Source: Octopus sinensis (taxonomy: Eukaryota). Taken from it: DNA of 64,000 nucleotides. The number at the start of each line of letters is the position of its first letter. Within the stretch, counting starts at the first letter, position 1. The position numbers and the translations under genes were made by a program. The notes beneath the pieces are model-generated. The model was not told the DNA's origin, made no database searches, and worked only from the letters and a program-made list of their open reading frames with translations. The DNA lies in NCBI RefSeq assembly GCF_006345805.1, contig NC_043004.1, forward strand, positions 97,588,001-97,652,000. The letters are read 5' to 3'. Below, in pieces: positions 35,131-47,150 of this stretch.

Positions 35131-36049
35131 TAAAGAGTTATCCCCATCCAATTACCTCCCACAACTTAGTCTTGCCTTTTTCACAGCATCTACCAGTTGA
35201 GATACTTCTTCCTCTCCAATAACAGAGAGCAGACATCATTTTTCTACACCTGTCATCTTTGATGAGCACACATAATACGTAATCATTCAGCTAACTAATG
35301 TTGGCTGTAGTAGATACATAATACTTTGTTTAATATACCCACTATATTGACAAATATAGGAAAGCCCATTTTTCTCACTCAAGGATTTCATTATATATAT
35401 ATAATCGTTATATATAATGAAATTTAATGATGCCTAAAATGATAAAATCTCTAAAACTAATATAATCATATAGTACATTATTGCAAATATAGGCATATAT
35501 TAACGATATACCCTAGATATATGCTCGTTTTATACCATCAACAGCAATTAATAAAAAAGAAATTTTAATAGAAAATCCTTGCTTTTGTACAAAGCCAATG
35601 TAATATAGAAATTAACGCCAGATATGAGTGAATGAGCCAAAAATACTGATAATTATTTCATGATCTGTTTGGTTCTAAAAAAATAAACCAAAAACTAAAA
35701 AGTTACTATTGGACCACAAATAGCCACAGTTAACATTAAAAAAAATTAATGAACTTAGAGAAATGAGCATTATAGTAACAATAGAAATATATATCTCACT
35801 ATAATAATGGACATATTTCTTTTATGTAAAGCATCTTAGCAAAGATCTCAATAAACATGAAATGAATTCAGATTTAGACCAATAATATAACTTTTCATTT
35901 CATTGTATTGTTGCTCTAAACATCGAATTCATTTGATGTTTATCGAGTTCTTTGCTAAGAAGCTTTACATGAAAGAAGTATTTTCATTATATTTCTGTTA
36001 TTGTTTAATACATGTGTGTGCGTGTCAATGTGTGTGTATATATTTATAC

Positions 36050-36088
36050 ATCATATCTGTGTATGTGCATGCATGTGTATATATATAT

Positions 36089-36120
<32 letters not shown>

Positions 36121-36800
36121 GTACATAAATATATATCTGTATATGTATATATAAAAATATATATGTATATATATATATATATTATATATATATAATATAT
36201 ATATGTATATATATATATATCTATATATATATATATATATTATATATATAGATATATATATATATATATATATAAATTTTTATGTATCCATTTATATCTA
36301 TATTTATCTATATAAGTAGATAAATACATACTCTCTCACGCACAAACACATCTGTATGTATGTGTATATATGTATGCGTGTGTGTATAAATATACGCAGG
36401 TATGTGTATATGCTTATATATGAATATATGTATGTATGTATGTATGTATGTATAGGTATGTATGTGCATGCACTCAGACACACATATGTGTGTACACACA
36501 TGCATACATTCTGCACCTTCTTTGATGGCTAGTTTCCTCTGCACAACTGTTTGGGGGTCCATGTGGATGTGCATTTTTTTTTCCTTTCTTTTTCTCATAT
36601 CTATATATTTCGTTAATCATCTCATCAGAACAGTCCTGATGCATATTTCCGCATAGCTGTTTGTAATCTTCTCTAAACACACAGTTCACCCTCTGCACAG
36701 TATACACACACACACATACACATACACACACATACACACACATACACACACACACAAGATACATCCACAGAAACACACAGAGTAAAACACACACACTTAC
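36050..36800. repeat. (TA)n/(TATG)n/(CA)n microsatellite block
   Basis: Direct reading. Confidence 0.9.
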
Positions 36801-37529
36801 ATACACATAAAACTGCTTTTCAGTATTATCTTCATAAATGTGTCTATCAGAAACAGAAATTAATTTTTCTCAAATTGATTACTTGAAGTATTATTACAAA
36901 GCGTTATATTCCAAACTATACATCATAAGCCATATTACGATTCACCATTTGTGGCAATTTATCAACGATTCTAGCTTTTGTCCTTTTGTTCTCATGTCCG
37001 TTTAGCCATTATTTCAGACATCTCAGTTCAAAAGTCAGCATTTTTATTAGCAATATCAGAAGCTGGTAAATTCAACCAGTCAAGTGTTGATATAAACTGC
37101 GGCAATATTCGTTAGACATGGTATTATTTTTCATATTATCCGAAAGGGGCCATACCAGCCACACACTTGCCTCATCTATACAAATTCTTCTCTTTCCTTC
37201 ATAACAATTATTCCAACTTTATGTGTGTCCTTTATTAAAGTTGGAGAGTAATTAATTTTATGTTTATAGCTTGACCTATCCTACACAAATTTTGAGACCA
37301 TAATGGCCGGAATTTCAAAGATTTGAACTCTGAAACTGATTACATTACAATCTTTTCTTCAATATACAATGCACGGTTTCATAACGAGTATCATACACGA
37401 GAGGAGAAATTGTTTGCCAAACGAAGGCTTCAATACAGTTTCAATTTTTGGCTCATATAAGTCTGGTTTGTTTGTGGTTCTAATAATTCTATTACGTCTG
37501 CAAAAGTCATGTGATTTGCAAATTCATGT

Positions 37530-37760
37530 GTGTGTGTGTTAGTGTGTGTGTGTGTCTACATATGAATATATATATGTATACATATATGTATGTGTATGTA
37601 TATATATATATACATATACATATATATATATATATATAATATATATATATATACATATCTATATATATATATATATATATATACAGACACGCATATATAT
37701 ACGTATGTATGTATACAAACACATCCATACATTGCTCAGACAGATGAGAGAGAGAGAAAT
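37530..37760. repeat. (TG)n/(TA)n microsatellite block
   Basis: Direct reading. Confidence 0.9.
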
Positions 37761-38591
37761 GCTCAATATATGTTGTAGAGGATACAGACATTTATTGAAA
37801 CTGAAAATTGACAAGCGTTTCAATAAAAAAATTTATATCTGTGTGAGTGAGTGAGTGAGTGAGTAGGTAGATAGGTAGGTAGGTCTTTTTCTGTTTTTTT
37901 TTTATCTGTTAGCATTCTTTCTAGATGTAGGCAGCTTGTTTCAAATAAAGAAAGAAAAGAATTATCTTTGATGTCTGGACAACAAGAATTGCTGTTACAT
38001 GTAGAACTTTAAGAAAGTGTTGCAGATTTATACTGCTCCATTTACAGATTATGTCTCTAAAATTTTTGTTCACCAGTTTCTTTCTTTGCTTCAAAATTTT
38101 AGATTCACTGAAATCACAATCTGAAAAAGTTAAGATTTTCCAACAAACATGAGATTTAAACATATATTGTGTATGTGTAGTAGTAAATACATGTAAGTCT
38201 TTTTTAAATTTTAATATATAACAATTATATGTTTATGACTACACCTATCTTTAGCCTCTTCTTAACCTTTCTCTTGAGAGCCAAGCTGTCAATATCATTG
38301 CTTCTGTGAGAATTTGCAGTCAATGTCAGGATATTGTGAGTTTTTAAGTCTATCGAATGGATTTTTTTCTCTTACCAAAATGTCGCTACCAGTACGACTA
38401 ATGATTGCTGTAAAGGAAAAGCTCTGACCATTATGAATTTTTAAAGTCTTGTGTAATATTCTTTTGTTAATTATCTTAGTATGATATATTTATTTTCATC
38501 AACACCTAGTTATTTGTAGTACTCATTTTGTGGAACAAGGGAGATAGGGAGACCATTGATGCAAAGATTTAGAGTTTGAGAACAGTTTTTC

Positions 38592-38701
38592 ATGTTCAGT
38601 TGTTAAATATGAACATTGTTTTTGGCCAAACTCCACACCTATATCAGCAGAAAATTTAATTAAATCCAGTTGTTTTTCAGCAATACAAATATTTTGAGCA
38701 A
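38592..38701 (-). pseudogene. R4-like RT fragment, copy A
   Basis: AQNICIAEKQLDLIKFSADIGVEFGQKQCSYL resembles the FS.DIGM.FG..KC segment that follows YMDD. Confidence 0.6.
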
Positions 38702-38924
38702 GTGTGTATACATACATACATAGCCGGCAGCCAACAATTTTTTTCTGCAAAATAGGGGTAGCTTATCCTGTTCAGGCTATATTGTTAGCACTATCCTGTG
38801 TTTGCGAATTTAAAATCACTTCTTTAACTTTCTTAGACATCTCAACACTTCTAAAGCAAACTTCGTTTGTTTGTTTACAATCATCGTAATTTGAATTTAT
38901 ACATACATATATTATATTATATTT

Positions 38925-39062
38925 ATGTGACTTAGTGGTTAGGGTATTCAGCTCGTGATCGCAAGGTCATGTGTTCAATTCCCGGTGACGCATTGTGTCC
39001 TTGAGCAAGACACTTTATTGCATGTTGTTCCAGTCTGCTCAGCTGGCAAAAATGAGTTGTAC
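38925..39062 (+). mobile_element. SINE head H2 (tRNA-like plus TTGTGTCCTTGAGCAAGACAC domain), no adjoining tail
   Basis: GTGACTTAGTGGTTAGGG..GTTCAATTCCCGG..TTGTGTCCTTGAGCAAGACAC. Confidence 0.8.
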
Positions 39063-39139
39063 ATGTATTTCATATATATATATATATATATATGTATGTA
39101 TATGTATATGTATATGTATGTATGTATAAAAAAAAAGAC

Positions 39140-40060
39140 TCCGCCGGTTACGACGACGAGAGTCCCAGCTGATACGATCAACGGAACAGCTTGCTCGTGA
39201 AATTAACGTGCAAATGGCTGAGCATTCCACAGACACGTGTACCCTTAACGTAGTTCTCGGGGATAATCAGCGTGACACAGAGAGTGACAAGGCTGACCCT
39301 TTGAAATACAAGTATGTAGTGATCCTATAACGGTGCGCGCGCGCGCACCGTCCATTTTCTATTTCGCGCGTGCGAGTGTTGGTGCCTTCACCAAGGCACA
39401 GAAAGGAAGGGCCCTCTCGCGCATGCGCGAACCACCGGAAGCACGACCCTTTTGCCTACGTGGTAGTTAGCCAAGGCAAGGGGGTCGTAGAACGTTTGAC
39501 CGCTAGCAGCAGCAGCCAAGGACTTGGGACAGCAGCGACCGAAGGCGACGGACGTATATTTTCTCGCTGTCCAGCTCTGATAGCAGTCGGCCGAAGGTTT
39601 TCATCAAATTGTTGCCGACCACATTCATCTTCCCTGTTCCGGACGCCATCTTTAACCCGTTCTGTTTTTAGCGGCTGAACATTGTAAATATTACAATCCA
39701 TTAACTTTCAGCCTTGCGCGCCCAGAACCAAGGATATCAGATAACCACTTATTGTTACTGTTACCACATTGGAGAATAAAGTAGTATATATATTGTTTAC
39801 GTCTGCGTCTTGTTGTTTCTGACTGGTAGAATTCTGGATTATTAAAGCAACGGCTAGTGATTGCCTCTTGTACCCCGAAAGTACAAGAGAAGATATCTTC
39901 ACACTCACAGGATCGTTACAAGTACAACTCATTTTGAGTGGACTGGAGCAACGTGAAATAAAGTGTCTTGCTCAAGGACACAACGCGTCGCCGGGAATCG
40001 AACTCACAACCTTACGATCATGAGCCGAATGCCCTAACCACTAAGCCACGTGCCCTCACG
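39140..40060 (-). mobile_element. SINE H2+T1 interrupted by a solo LTR
   Basis: Head at 39925-40060 and T1 tail at 39140-39314 rejoin as GAAATACAAGTACAACTC when 39315-39924 is removed. Confidence 0.88.
39315..39920 (+). mobile_element. Solo LTR, 606 bp, probably Gypsy-type
   Basis: TG..CA ends with imperfect TIRs TGTAGTGATCC / GGATCGTTACA. 4-bp TSD AGTA at 39311-39314 and 39921-39924. AATAAA at 39775-39780. CpG-rich 5' half. Confidence 0.9.
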
Positions 40061-40141
40061 TATGTATGTATATATGTATGTACATATGCATGTATGTACA
40101 TATGTATGTATGAATATGTGTATGTATGTATGCATACCCAA

Positions 40142-40251
40142 TTGCTCAAAATATTTTTATTGCTGAAAAACAGCTGGATTTAATTCAATTTTCTGTTGAT
40201 ATAGGTGTTCAGTTTGACCCAAAACAATGTTCATATTTAACAACTGAACAT
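40142..40251 (+). pseudogene. R4-like RT fragment, copy B (inverted duplicate of 38592-38701)
   Basis: 8 mismatches in about 110 bp versus copy A by my alignment. Confidence 0.7.
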
Positions 40252-40254
40252 TCT

Positions 40255-40400
40255 GTGTCATGCTCAATCTCCCTGAGAACTATGTTAAGTGTAAATGTGT
40301 CTCTGCGGAGTAATCAGCCACTTGCACATTAATTTCATGAGCAGGCTGTTCCATTGATCGGATCAACTGAAACCAACATTGTCTTAACCAATGGAGTGCT
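40255..40400 (+). mobile_element. Diverged SINE tail T1 without head
   Basis: GAGAACTATGTTAAG..TCAGCCACTTGCAC..GAGCAGGCTGTTCC..GGATCAAC. Confidence 0.75.
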
Positions 40401-40420
40401 AGTTATATATATATATGTGA

Positions 40421-40652
40421 ATATTTTATAATTATATACATAATTATAACAAGGGCTTTGCATACGCCTCACCACTCACTGAAAAATACACGTCAAAAGA
40501 CACTATTGCCACCATAAATTCTCCGAGAATGTGTAGTCTGTTTTTCTAAGAGAATTTATGATGGCAATAGTGTCTTTTGATATCTATTTTTCAGTGTGTG
40601 GCGAGGTGCAAGCCAAGCCCTTGTTATAATTATGTATATAATTATAAAATAT
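40421..40652. mobile_element. Fold-back MITE with arms of about 100 bp
   Basis: ATATTTTATAATTATATACATAATTATAACAAGGGCTT.. is mirrored by ..AAGCCCTTGTTATAATTATGTATATAATTATAAAATAT. Confidence 0.85.
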
Positions 40653-41426
40653 TTAGACTAGTTTACCTACGAGTTTTTATTTTCGTGCTGACCACTTGGT
40701 AAAACTCATTTATGATTTTACCCTTTATTATTATTATATATACATATGTATTATACATATATATATTTATTTATTTATGTATGTATGTATGTGTGTATAC
40801 ACACACACACACACATTCAAATATACAGATGTATGCATGTTGGGGATGGTGTACTCACTAGAAATGTTATAATATTGTTAGAGCAGGTTTGAAATATCAA
40901 AGTTTTAGAATTGTATTTTGTTTAGTTATCTAAATATGATTAGGTTGTTATCAATAAGATTAAATGTTTTAGATCTATTAAATACATCTTCAGAGATGAA
41001 ACAATTTTCTTTTTCTTTTCTGTTTTCTGTTTTCTTTCTTTTTATTTATTTATTTATTTATTTATTTTTTTGAATAAACATGACATTTTGTTTGGTTTGA
41101 TCAACAAGTGCCATAAGTCATTTTTTAATTTTTGATGTGAACATAATACCAGGTTTGAACTAAAAACGGTTCAAACTTGAAAGATTTCTAAAATATAAAG
41201 AAACCAATCCTTGTACAATAAATATATCCATAAATCAGACACCTAATTATGATTGCAGATGAAATGAACTACTGTCTATTACAAATGTTGATACCGATAA
41301 ATACAGCAACTTAAAAGGTGGAGATTATCAACAACAAAATATTTGATAATCTTGTATTTAATACTTATATATTAAGTAAATTTATATCTGATAGCTATAC
41401 CCTGTGCTTTCATTTTTGCATATTAC

Positions 41427-41905
41427 TCATCATCATCATCATCATCGTTTAACGTCTGCTTTCCATGCTAGCATGGTTTGGACGGTTCAACTGGGGTCCG
41501 GGAAGCCAGAAGGTTGCACCAGGCCCAGTCTGATCTGGCAGTGTTTCTACAGCTGGATGCCCTTCCTAACGCCAACCACTCCGTGAGTGTAGTGGGTACT
41601 TTTTACGTGCCACCGGCATGAGTGCCAGATGAGGCTAGCAAACGGCCACGACCGGATGGTGCTTTTTATGTGCCACCGGCACGGACGCCATTCAGGGCAG
41701 TGCTGGCTACAGTCTCGTTCGAGTGGTTCTCTTACGTGCCACCGGCACTGGTATCACAGCTACAAATTCCACTGATGTTGATAGATTACGATTTTGATTT
41801 TGATTTTCAGTTGCTTCAACAGGTCTTCACAAGTGGAGTTTTGTGTCCCAAGAAGGAAAGGAACGCATAAGTGGGCTGGCTACATCCCAGGTAGAGGCCA
41901 CGGGA
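41427..41905 (-). mobile_element. RTE-type 3' region with (GAT)n tail and internal TACGTGCCACCGGCA repeats
   Basis: GGATGCCCTTCCTAACGCCAACC motif, three GTGCCACCGGCA copies, and (CAT)n at the left end. Confidence 0.7.
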
Positions 41906-42111
41906 TCACTGCAGTTCTTATTAGCAATGACATAAAACAGGAAGCTGACAGGGAAAATGCTTAGCAGCATTTTGTCCATCTCCTTTGAGATTTAAGTTTT
42001 TCCTTTGCTGCAGTATTGAAGCTGGTCATTAACAATGATTAGAGTCTTTGGTTTGAATCTAAACAATTCTTGGTATTAAGGAATACAGGAATGAGTCAGT
42101 ATCAGCATATA

Positions 42112-43140
42112 CTGGGGGGGGGGAATAAATATTCGTACACGTTAAAATTCTTTATTTATTTAATTTCTAATGAACATAAATGGGGTATACCAATACTATA
42201 TTTGCATACACATGCATAAACTAAGAATATACATAAGAAACTAATAAATTATAGTAAATAATGAATTTATATACAATTATAAATATTTCGGGGTGAAAAA
42301 AGTATTCGTACAGAATATATTTATGATTTTCTATGCCACAAAATACTGTTAAAATAATTTTTTTTACTAGGACTTTCTCGTTTGTTCCAATAATCTTATC
42401 ACTTGTTATTTTTAAGTGTCAAAATACTAGCTTCTTCATTCAGTATTGAGACAACATAAAGTAGTATCGTAATAATGGCGAAAAGTAAAAAACTCACAAA
42501 TTCAGTGAAAAGCTTAATTATTGAACAGTGAAAAGCAGGTAAAAGTTACAGGAGAATATCAGAGACCCTTTGTATTCCATTTTCTACCATATCTTCATTT
42601 ATTCAAAGATATTAAAAAATCGGGAACTGTTGTAAACAGAATAAGATCCGGGGCACCACACAAGATTTTCCCTAGATCTTTAACAAAAATGAAGCAAAGA
42701 ATCTGAAAAAACACAATGATCACCAGAAAAGAGTTGCAAGAAGATTTGTTAGCTTCAGAGACTAGTGTTACACTACGAACAATCAGCAATGAACTTCATA
42801 GGAATGAACTGAAATCACGCTCTCCTAGAAAAACTCCGCTGTTGACTAAAAGGCATAGAGATGCCCGTTTAAAATTTGTTTATGAACATAAAGATAAATC
42901 TGATACTTTCTGGGAAAATGTTCTATGGACAGACGAGTCGAAAATTGAATTGTTTGGAGCCATGTTCAAAAGAAAGATGGTACCGCTATTCGCCAAAAAA
43001 CACAATTCCTACCGTAATGTTTGGAGGTGGCAACATCATGGTGTGGGGATGTTTCTCTGCAAATGGTAATGGCAATTTACATATGATAGATGGTAGAATG
43101 AATGCAGAGATGTACCAAAATATTTTGAACTGCTGTGATC
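42112..43140 (+). pseudogene. Tc1-family transposon relic, 3'-truncated, IR/DR-type left end
   Basis: ATG at 42474 (MAKSKKL). Motifs [30 protein letters not shown] and [13 protein letters not shown] repeated ATTCGTACA word at about 42130 and 42303 fits an IR/DR end. No right TIR seen. Confidence 0.9.
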
Positions 43141-43829
43141 TGTGGATCAAATTTATGGATGAAGCAAGCTTTCAGCAACACTGAAGGTGATAGACTTGTT
43201 GATTGACAATGTATATAAAGTCTTGAATGCTATGAGACAAATGTGGAAAGAATGGAAGAATGTGAAACAGCAGGAAACATCCGGTCACTTGTAAAAAAGC
43301 TGAACATCACATACACTTAGCAATGAGAAATGCTGAATCCACGAAGTTGACTAATGTTCTGTAAGTTGATGATCAAAAACATGAGGTGTTCCAGATTTCA
43401 GAGTAAGATGCTAGCATGCAGGACTTTATAATCTGCCACTAAAATATTAATAGATAAATTTGTACAAAGTTGACATTTGCACCATTAATTGTTACACACA
43501 GCACAGTGCTTATACAATATTCAAGTTTACAATAAATACTGCTTGATTTCAAACATCAAATGTGTTCAGCAAAGAAAATCGAATGCATCAATTAATAATT
43601 ATTGAATGAATGTTTGTGCACCGGAAATCTGTTTTTTATGTTATTTGATGTGGATCCTATACAATATTTGCTATTTCTATGGACAAGGACTTTACATCGC
43701 TAAACTAAAGTTGTTTTAGTCAATTTCCATTAAGAGGACATTCTTAAGCTGCTCTGCTATTACATGTATATGCATCCGTATCTCTGTAGACAGAATACTT
43801 GTATATTATTCTAATGAATGTGTGCGTAT

Positions 43830-43962
43830 GTATGAATTTAAGTATGCTTGTATATATATATATATATGTGTGTGTAGCTGTGTGCATATATATATATATT
43901 TATATAGATACATATATACATATATACATATACATATATATATATATATATATATACATATA

Positions 43963-43994
<32 letters not shown>

Positions 43995-44030
43995 CACATA
44001 TATGTATATATACACACGCATATTTATACG
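43830..44030. repeat. (TA)n/(TACA)n microsatellite
   Basis: Direct reading. Confidence 0.9.
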
Positions 44031-44543
44031 GACTTATTTCTTTGTATGTCTATCAAGCTTTCTTTCTGTTTATGAGTGTGTATAGGAGTATGTGTATGTA
44101 TCTGATTTTTTTTATTTTTGTTCAAATTGTTATTTTATATTTTGCTTTTAACTTTGATAGTTTTATGTCATCTGTTTTTGCTCTCAGGACTTTGATAAAT
44201 TAACCGGACAATCAATTTAATCTCTCTCTATATTTTTTATAGCAACTGTTTATATTATCCTCTAACCTGGTACTAGACTTGATGTCAACATGTTATCTAC
44301 TGCATCTGTCTTTATAACTTTTAAACCACTATAAGTATCTGCCATAGGTCTTCATTTCTTAAAATGCTTTTGAAAAAGTATCTTGTGTGTAAAAGTTGTG
44401 TAAAACTGAATTTATACAATAATTACTCGTCACCTAAAAAACATGAAACATGTTTAAGGATGTGATAGTTAAATCAATCTACACATTATTCTCTTAACAT
44501 ACATAGATACATACACATATATATATGTGTGTGCGTGCGTATC

Positions 44544-44574
<31 letters not shown>

Positions 44575-44823
44575 ATGTATGTGAATTTGTGTGTATAGGT
44601 CAAAAAGGGATAAATAACCCTCAGTTAAAGTTCATTGGTGCTATATCACCTGAAGATATGTATCCATGAAGATGATCTACTCAATGCCTATGGATTCTAT
44701 GGACTACATTGTAATCATCCTTGGAGTACGGACTATGATTTTAAGAGACATGCGGTTTGTGGAAACATGCATAGCGGTGCATTAAAATATTTATAAATTC
44801 CATTCAAGGATTATTGTTATCTT

Positions 44824-44862
<39 letters not shown>

Positions 44863-44869
44863 TATATAT

Positions 44870-45172
44870 GTGAAGGCTCATGGCTCAGTGGTTAGAGTGT
44901 CGAGCTTACGATCATGAGGTTGTGAGTTTGATTCCTGAACCAGGCTGCCTGTTGTGTTCTTGAGGAAGACACCTTATTTCATGTTGGTCTAGTTAACTCG
45001 GCTGTAATGAGTTGCAACGTCCCTAATGGATAACATTAGTGGTGTGGAGAGGAGAGACTGGTATGCATGGACGACTGCTGGCCTTCCATAAACAAACTTG
45101 CCTGGACTTGTGCCTCTGAGGGTAACTTTCTAGGTGTAATCCCATGGTCATTCATGACCAAAGGAGGTCTCT
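44870..45172 (+). mobile_element. SINE with head H2 and a further tail type (T4)
   Basis: H2 head, then GGTGTGGAGAGGAGAG..AACAAACTTGCCTGGACTTGTGCC..CCCATGGTCATTCATGACC. Confidence 0.75.
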
Positions 45173-45208
<36 letters not shown>

Positions 45209-45234
45209 AAGGGTGGAAAGGAACACACGAGTTG

Positions 45235-45690
45235 ATATATATGAAAAAACAAGTCAAAAATAGAAAATGCTAAGATAATTTTATAGTGAATCTTTCAGTA
45301 CCGGTTTCGGTCATTTTGAGACCTTTTCAACTGTAACGATTAAATAATTGAATTTAGAAAAATTAGAAGAAAAGTTTTTTTAAAAGAATATTTCTGTAGT
45401 AGTGTTCAGATATAAGTAGCATTCTGCCTTTCTCTGACTCCCTTGTTTGCACTTGTGTGTTCGAGGTCGAACACACAAGTGCAAACAAGGGAGTCAGAGA
45501 AAGGCAGAATGCTACTTATATCTGAACACTACTACAGAAATATTCTTTTAAAAAAACTTTTCTTCTAATTTTTCTAAATTCAATTATTTAATCGTTACAG
45601 TTGAAAAGGTCTCAAAATGACCGAAACCGGTACTGAAAGATTCACTATAAAATTATCTTAGCATTTTCTATTTTTGACTTGTTTTTTCAT

Positions 45691-45696
<6 letters not shown>
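45235..45696. repeat. Perfect palindrome: two 230-bp arms with a 2-nt (GG) spacer
   Basis: Checked block by block: 45235-45464 is the exact reverse complement of 45467-45696. Centre is TCGA-GG-TCGA and the palindrome is embedded in (TA)n. Confidence 0.97.
45598..45635 (+). ncRNA. Minimal type I hammerhead ribozyme candidate (U3:A8 core variant); mirror copy on the minus strand at 45296-45333
   Basis: CAG-UUGAAAA-GGUC(ucaaaau)GACC-GAA-ACCGGU-A-CUG gives helix I CAG/CUG, helix II of 4 bp, a palindromic helix III (ACCGGU) and a GUA cleavage triplet (after 45632). Confidence 0.65.
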
Positions 45697-45745
<49 letters not shown>

Positions 45746-45949
45746 TGGAGTAATTAGAGTACCAAGCAGATTGCCTTAGGATTTTTGTAATGACCTCCTA
45801 TGCTTTAAGCATTTCTTTTATCCTTTCCATATTGATAAATAAAGTACCAGTTCAAAACAACAAAAGTTCAAAGATAAATTCAAATTAGTACAAACAGGAG
45901 AAAAAAAATACTTGTAAATTCCACTCAAAGAATGATGTGCAAAATGCTC

Positions 45950-47150
45950 GGAGCAGTTGTCCTTAAACCAGAAACAGGACAAAGTACTACAAACATAGAA
46001 TAATAAAAAAAATGGCACCTACCCCTGCAGTGCATGATATGTAGCAAGTTCAAAGAAACTATAACTGCCTTGATTCTGGTTGCCCAGAGACAACATCACA
46101 ACAAAGTAGGAGCATACATCCATGGGAATGTCTGTAAAGAATACACAGCAAAACTGTTGAGGAATGGTTTGAACATCATCCAAGAAACAGTCATAGAAAA
46201 TAAGAACATCGCCATAGTATGAGGTACACCTATTCATACAAATCAGAAAATAACAGCAAACTGGCTGTCATCATTTTTAAGGAAAACAATGGAAAGATTG
46301 CAAAACCATTAGAGAGAAACACATCTACAAAGACTGGAATAGGATACAAAGAGTTTGTGACGAAGCAAACAAGGTGAACACGTGGTACAAGACCAACAAA
46401 TATCAAAGAGTGATGTTTTTAGAGGCCACAGCCCATGGAGAACTAGCCCGTAGATTTGGGAAAGCTCTGAATGTGGCTAAACTCAACATTAGATCATTGA
46501 AAAGCCAGGGGAACCCCTTTGAGAATACCACATGCACTAGTGGTATTAACCCAGGCATTAACTGTAGAACTAGGAATGTAGTCTACAGCATAAGGTGCAT
46601 AGAGAGTGTTTGTGAAGAAAAGAACATAATATACATAGGTGAGACATCTAGAAGCATTGCAGAGAGACTAAATGAACATGCATACACACACATACATACG
46701 TATGTAATGCGCAGGCACACTGATGCACATGCATGTGCACAAACAAACAAAATAAAAGAACACAGTTCCGATAATAGACAGAATCACCTACTATTGAAAA
46801 GGTTACAAGACGCAATGAACATTTTAGTAAAAATAAATAAGGGAGTGGAAAACAGATCAGTGATTGTGTTAAATTAATAAGGCACTAAAAGAGAATGACT
46901 CTCTCCAGACACAATAAGATATGCTTCAACACACGAATTCCCATAAAGAATCTTGCAAACCAAATACAAAAACGAAACATCTACAAAAGTTAGGTAAATA
47001 TCATGAAAGTACAAAGATTTAGTGACAGAAATAACTATATGTTGGCAAAGCATATCATTATCAATGCTGCGGGGCTCGTGAGACGAAAGGACTGAACAAA
47101 TGGAATGATAAACTGCCTGGTAACATCACCATCCATGAACTCCTACACAC
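45950..47150 (+). pseudogene. R4-like RLE LINE relic (zinc knuckle and endonuclease region), interrupted
   Basis: CMICSKFKETI..HHNKVGAYIHGNVCKEY..ETVIENK..*GTPIHTNQKITAN. After the interruption it continues KYKDLVTEIT and KLPGNITIHEL. Confidence 0.7.
46310..46690 (+). pseudogene. Penelope-like GIY-YIG endonuclease relic nested in the R4-like relic
   Basis: VMFLEATAHGELAR..CRTRNVVYSIRC..IYIGETSRSIAERLNEH (VVY..YIG) in ORF 46374-46877. Confidence 0.85.

Noticed and set aside
37925-38191. Possible host exon (pyrimidine tract + AG at 37924, GTAAGT at about 38192)
   Set aside because: All three frames contain stops and there is no recognisable protein. A non-coding exon cannot be excluded without RNA-seq.
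46374-46877. 167-aa ORF as an intact endonuclease gene
   Set aside because: GIY-YIG similarity stops at about 46690 and the frame runs into CA-rich sequence. It has no RT and is treated as a PLE relic.
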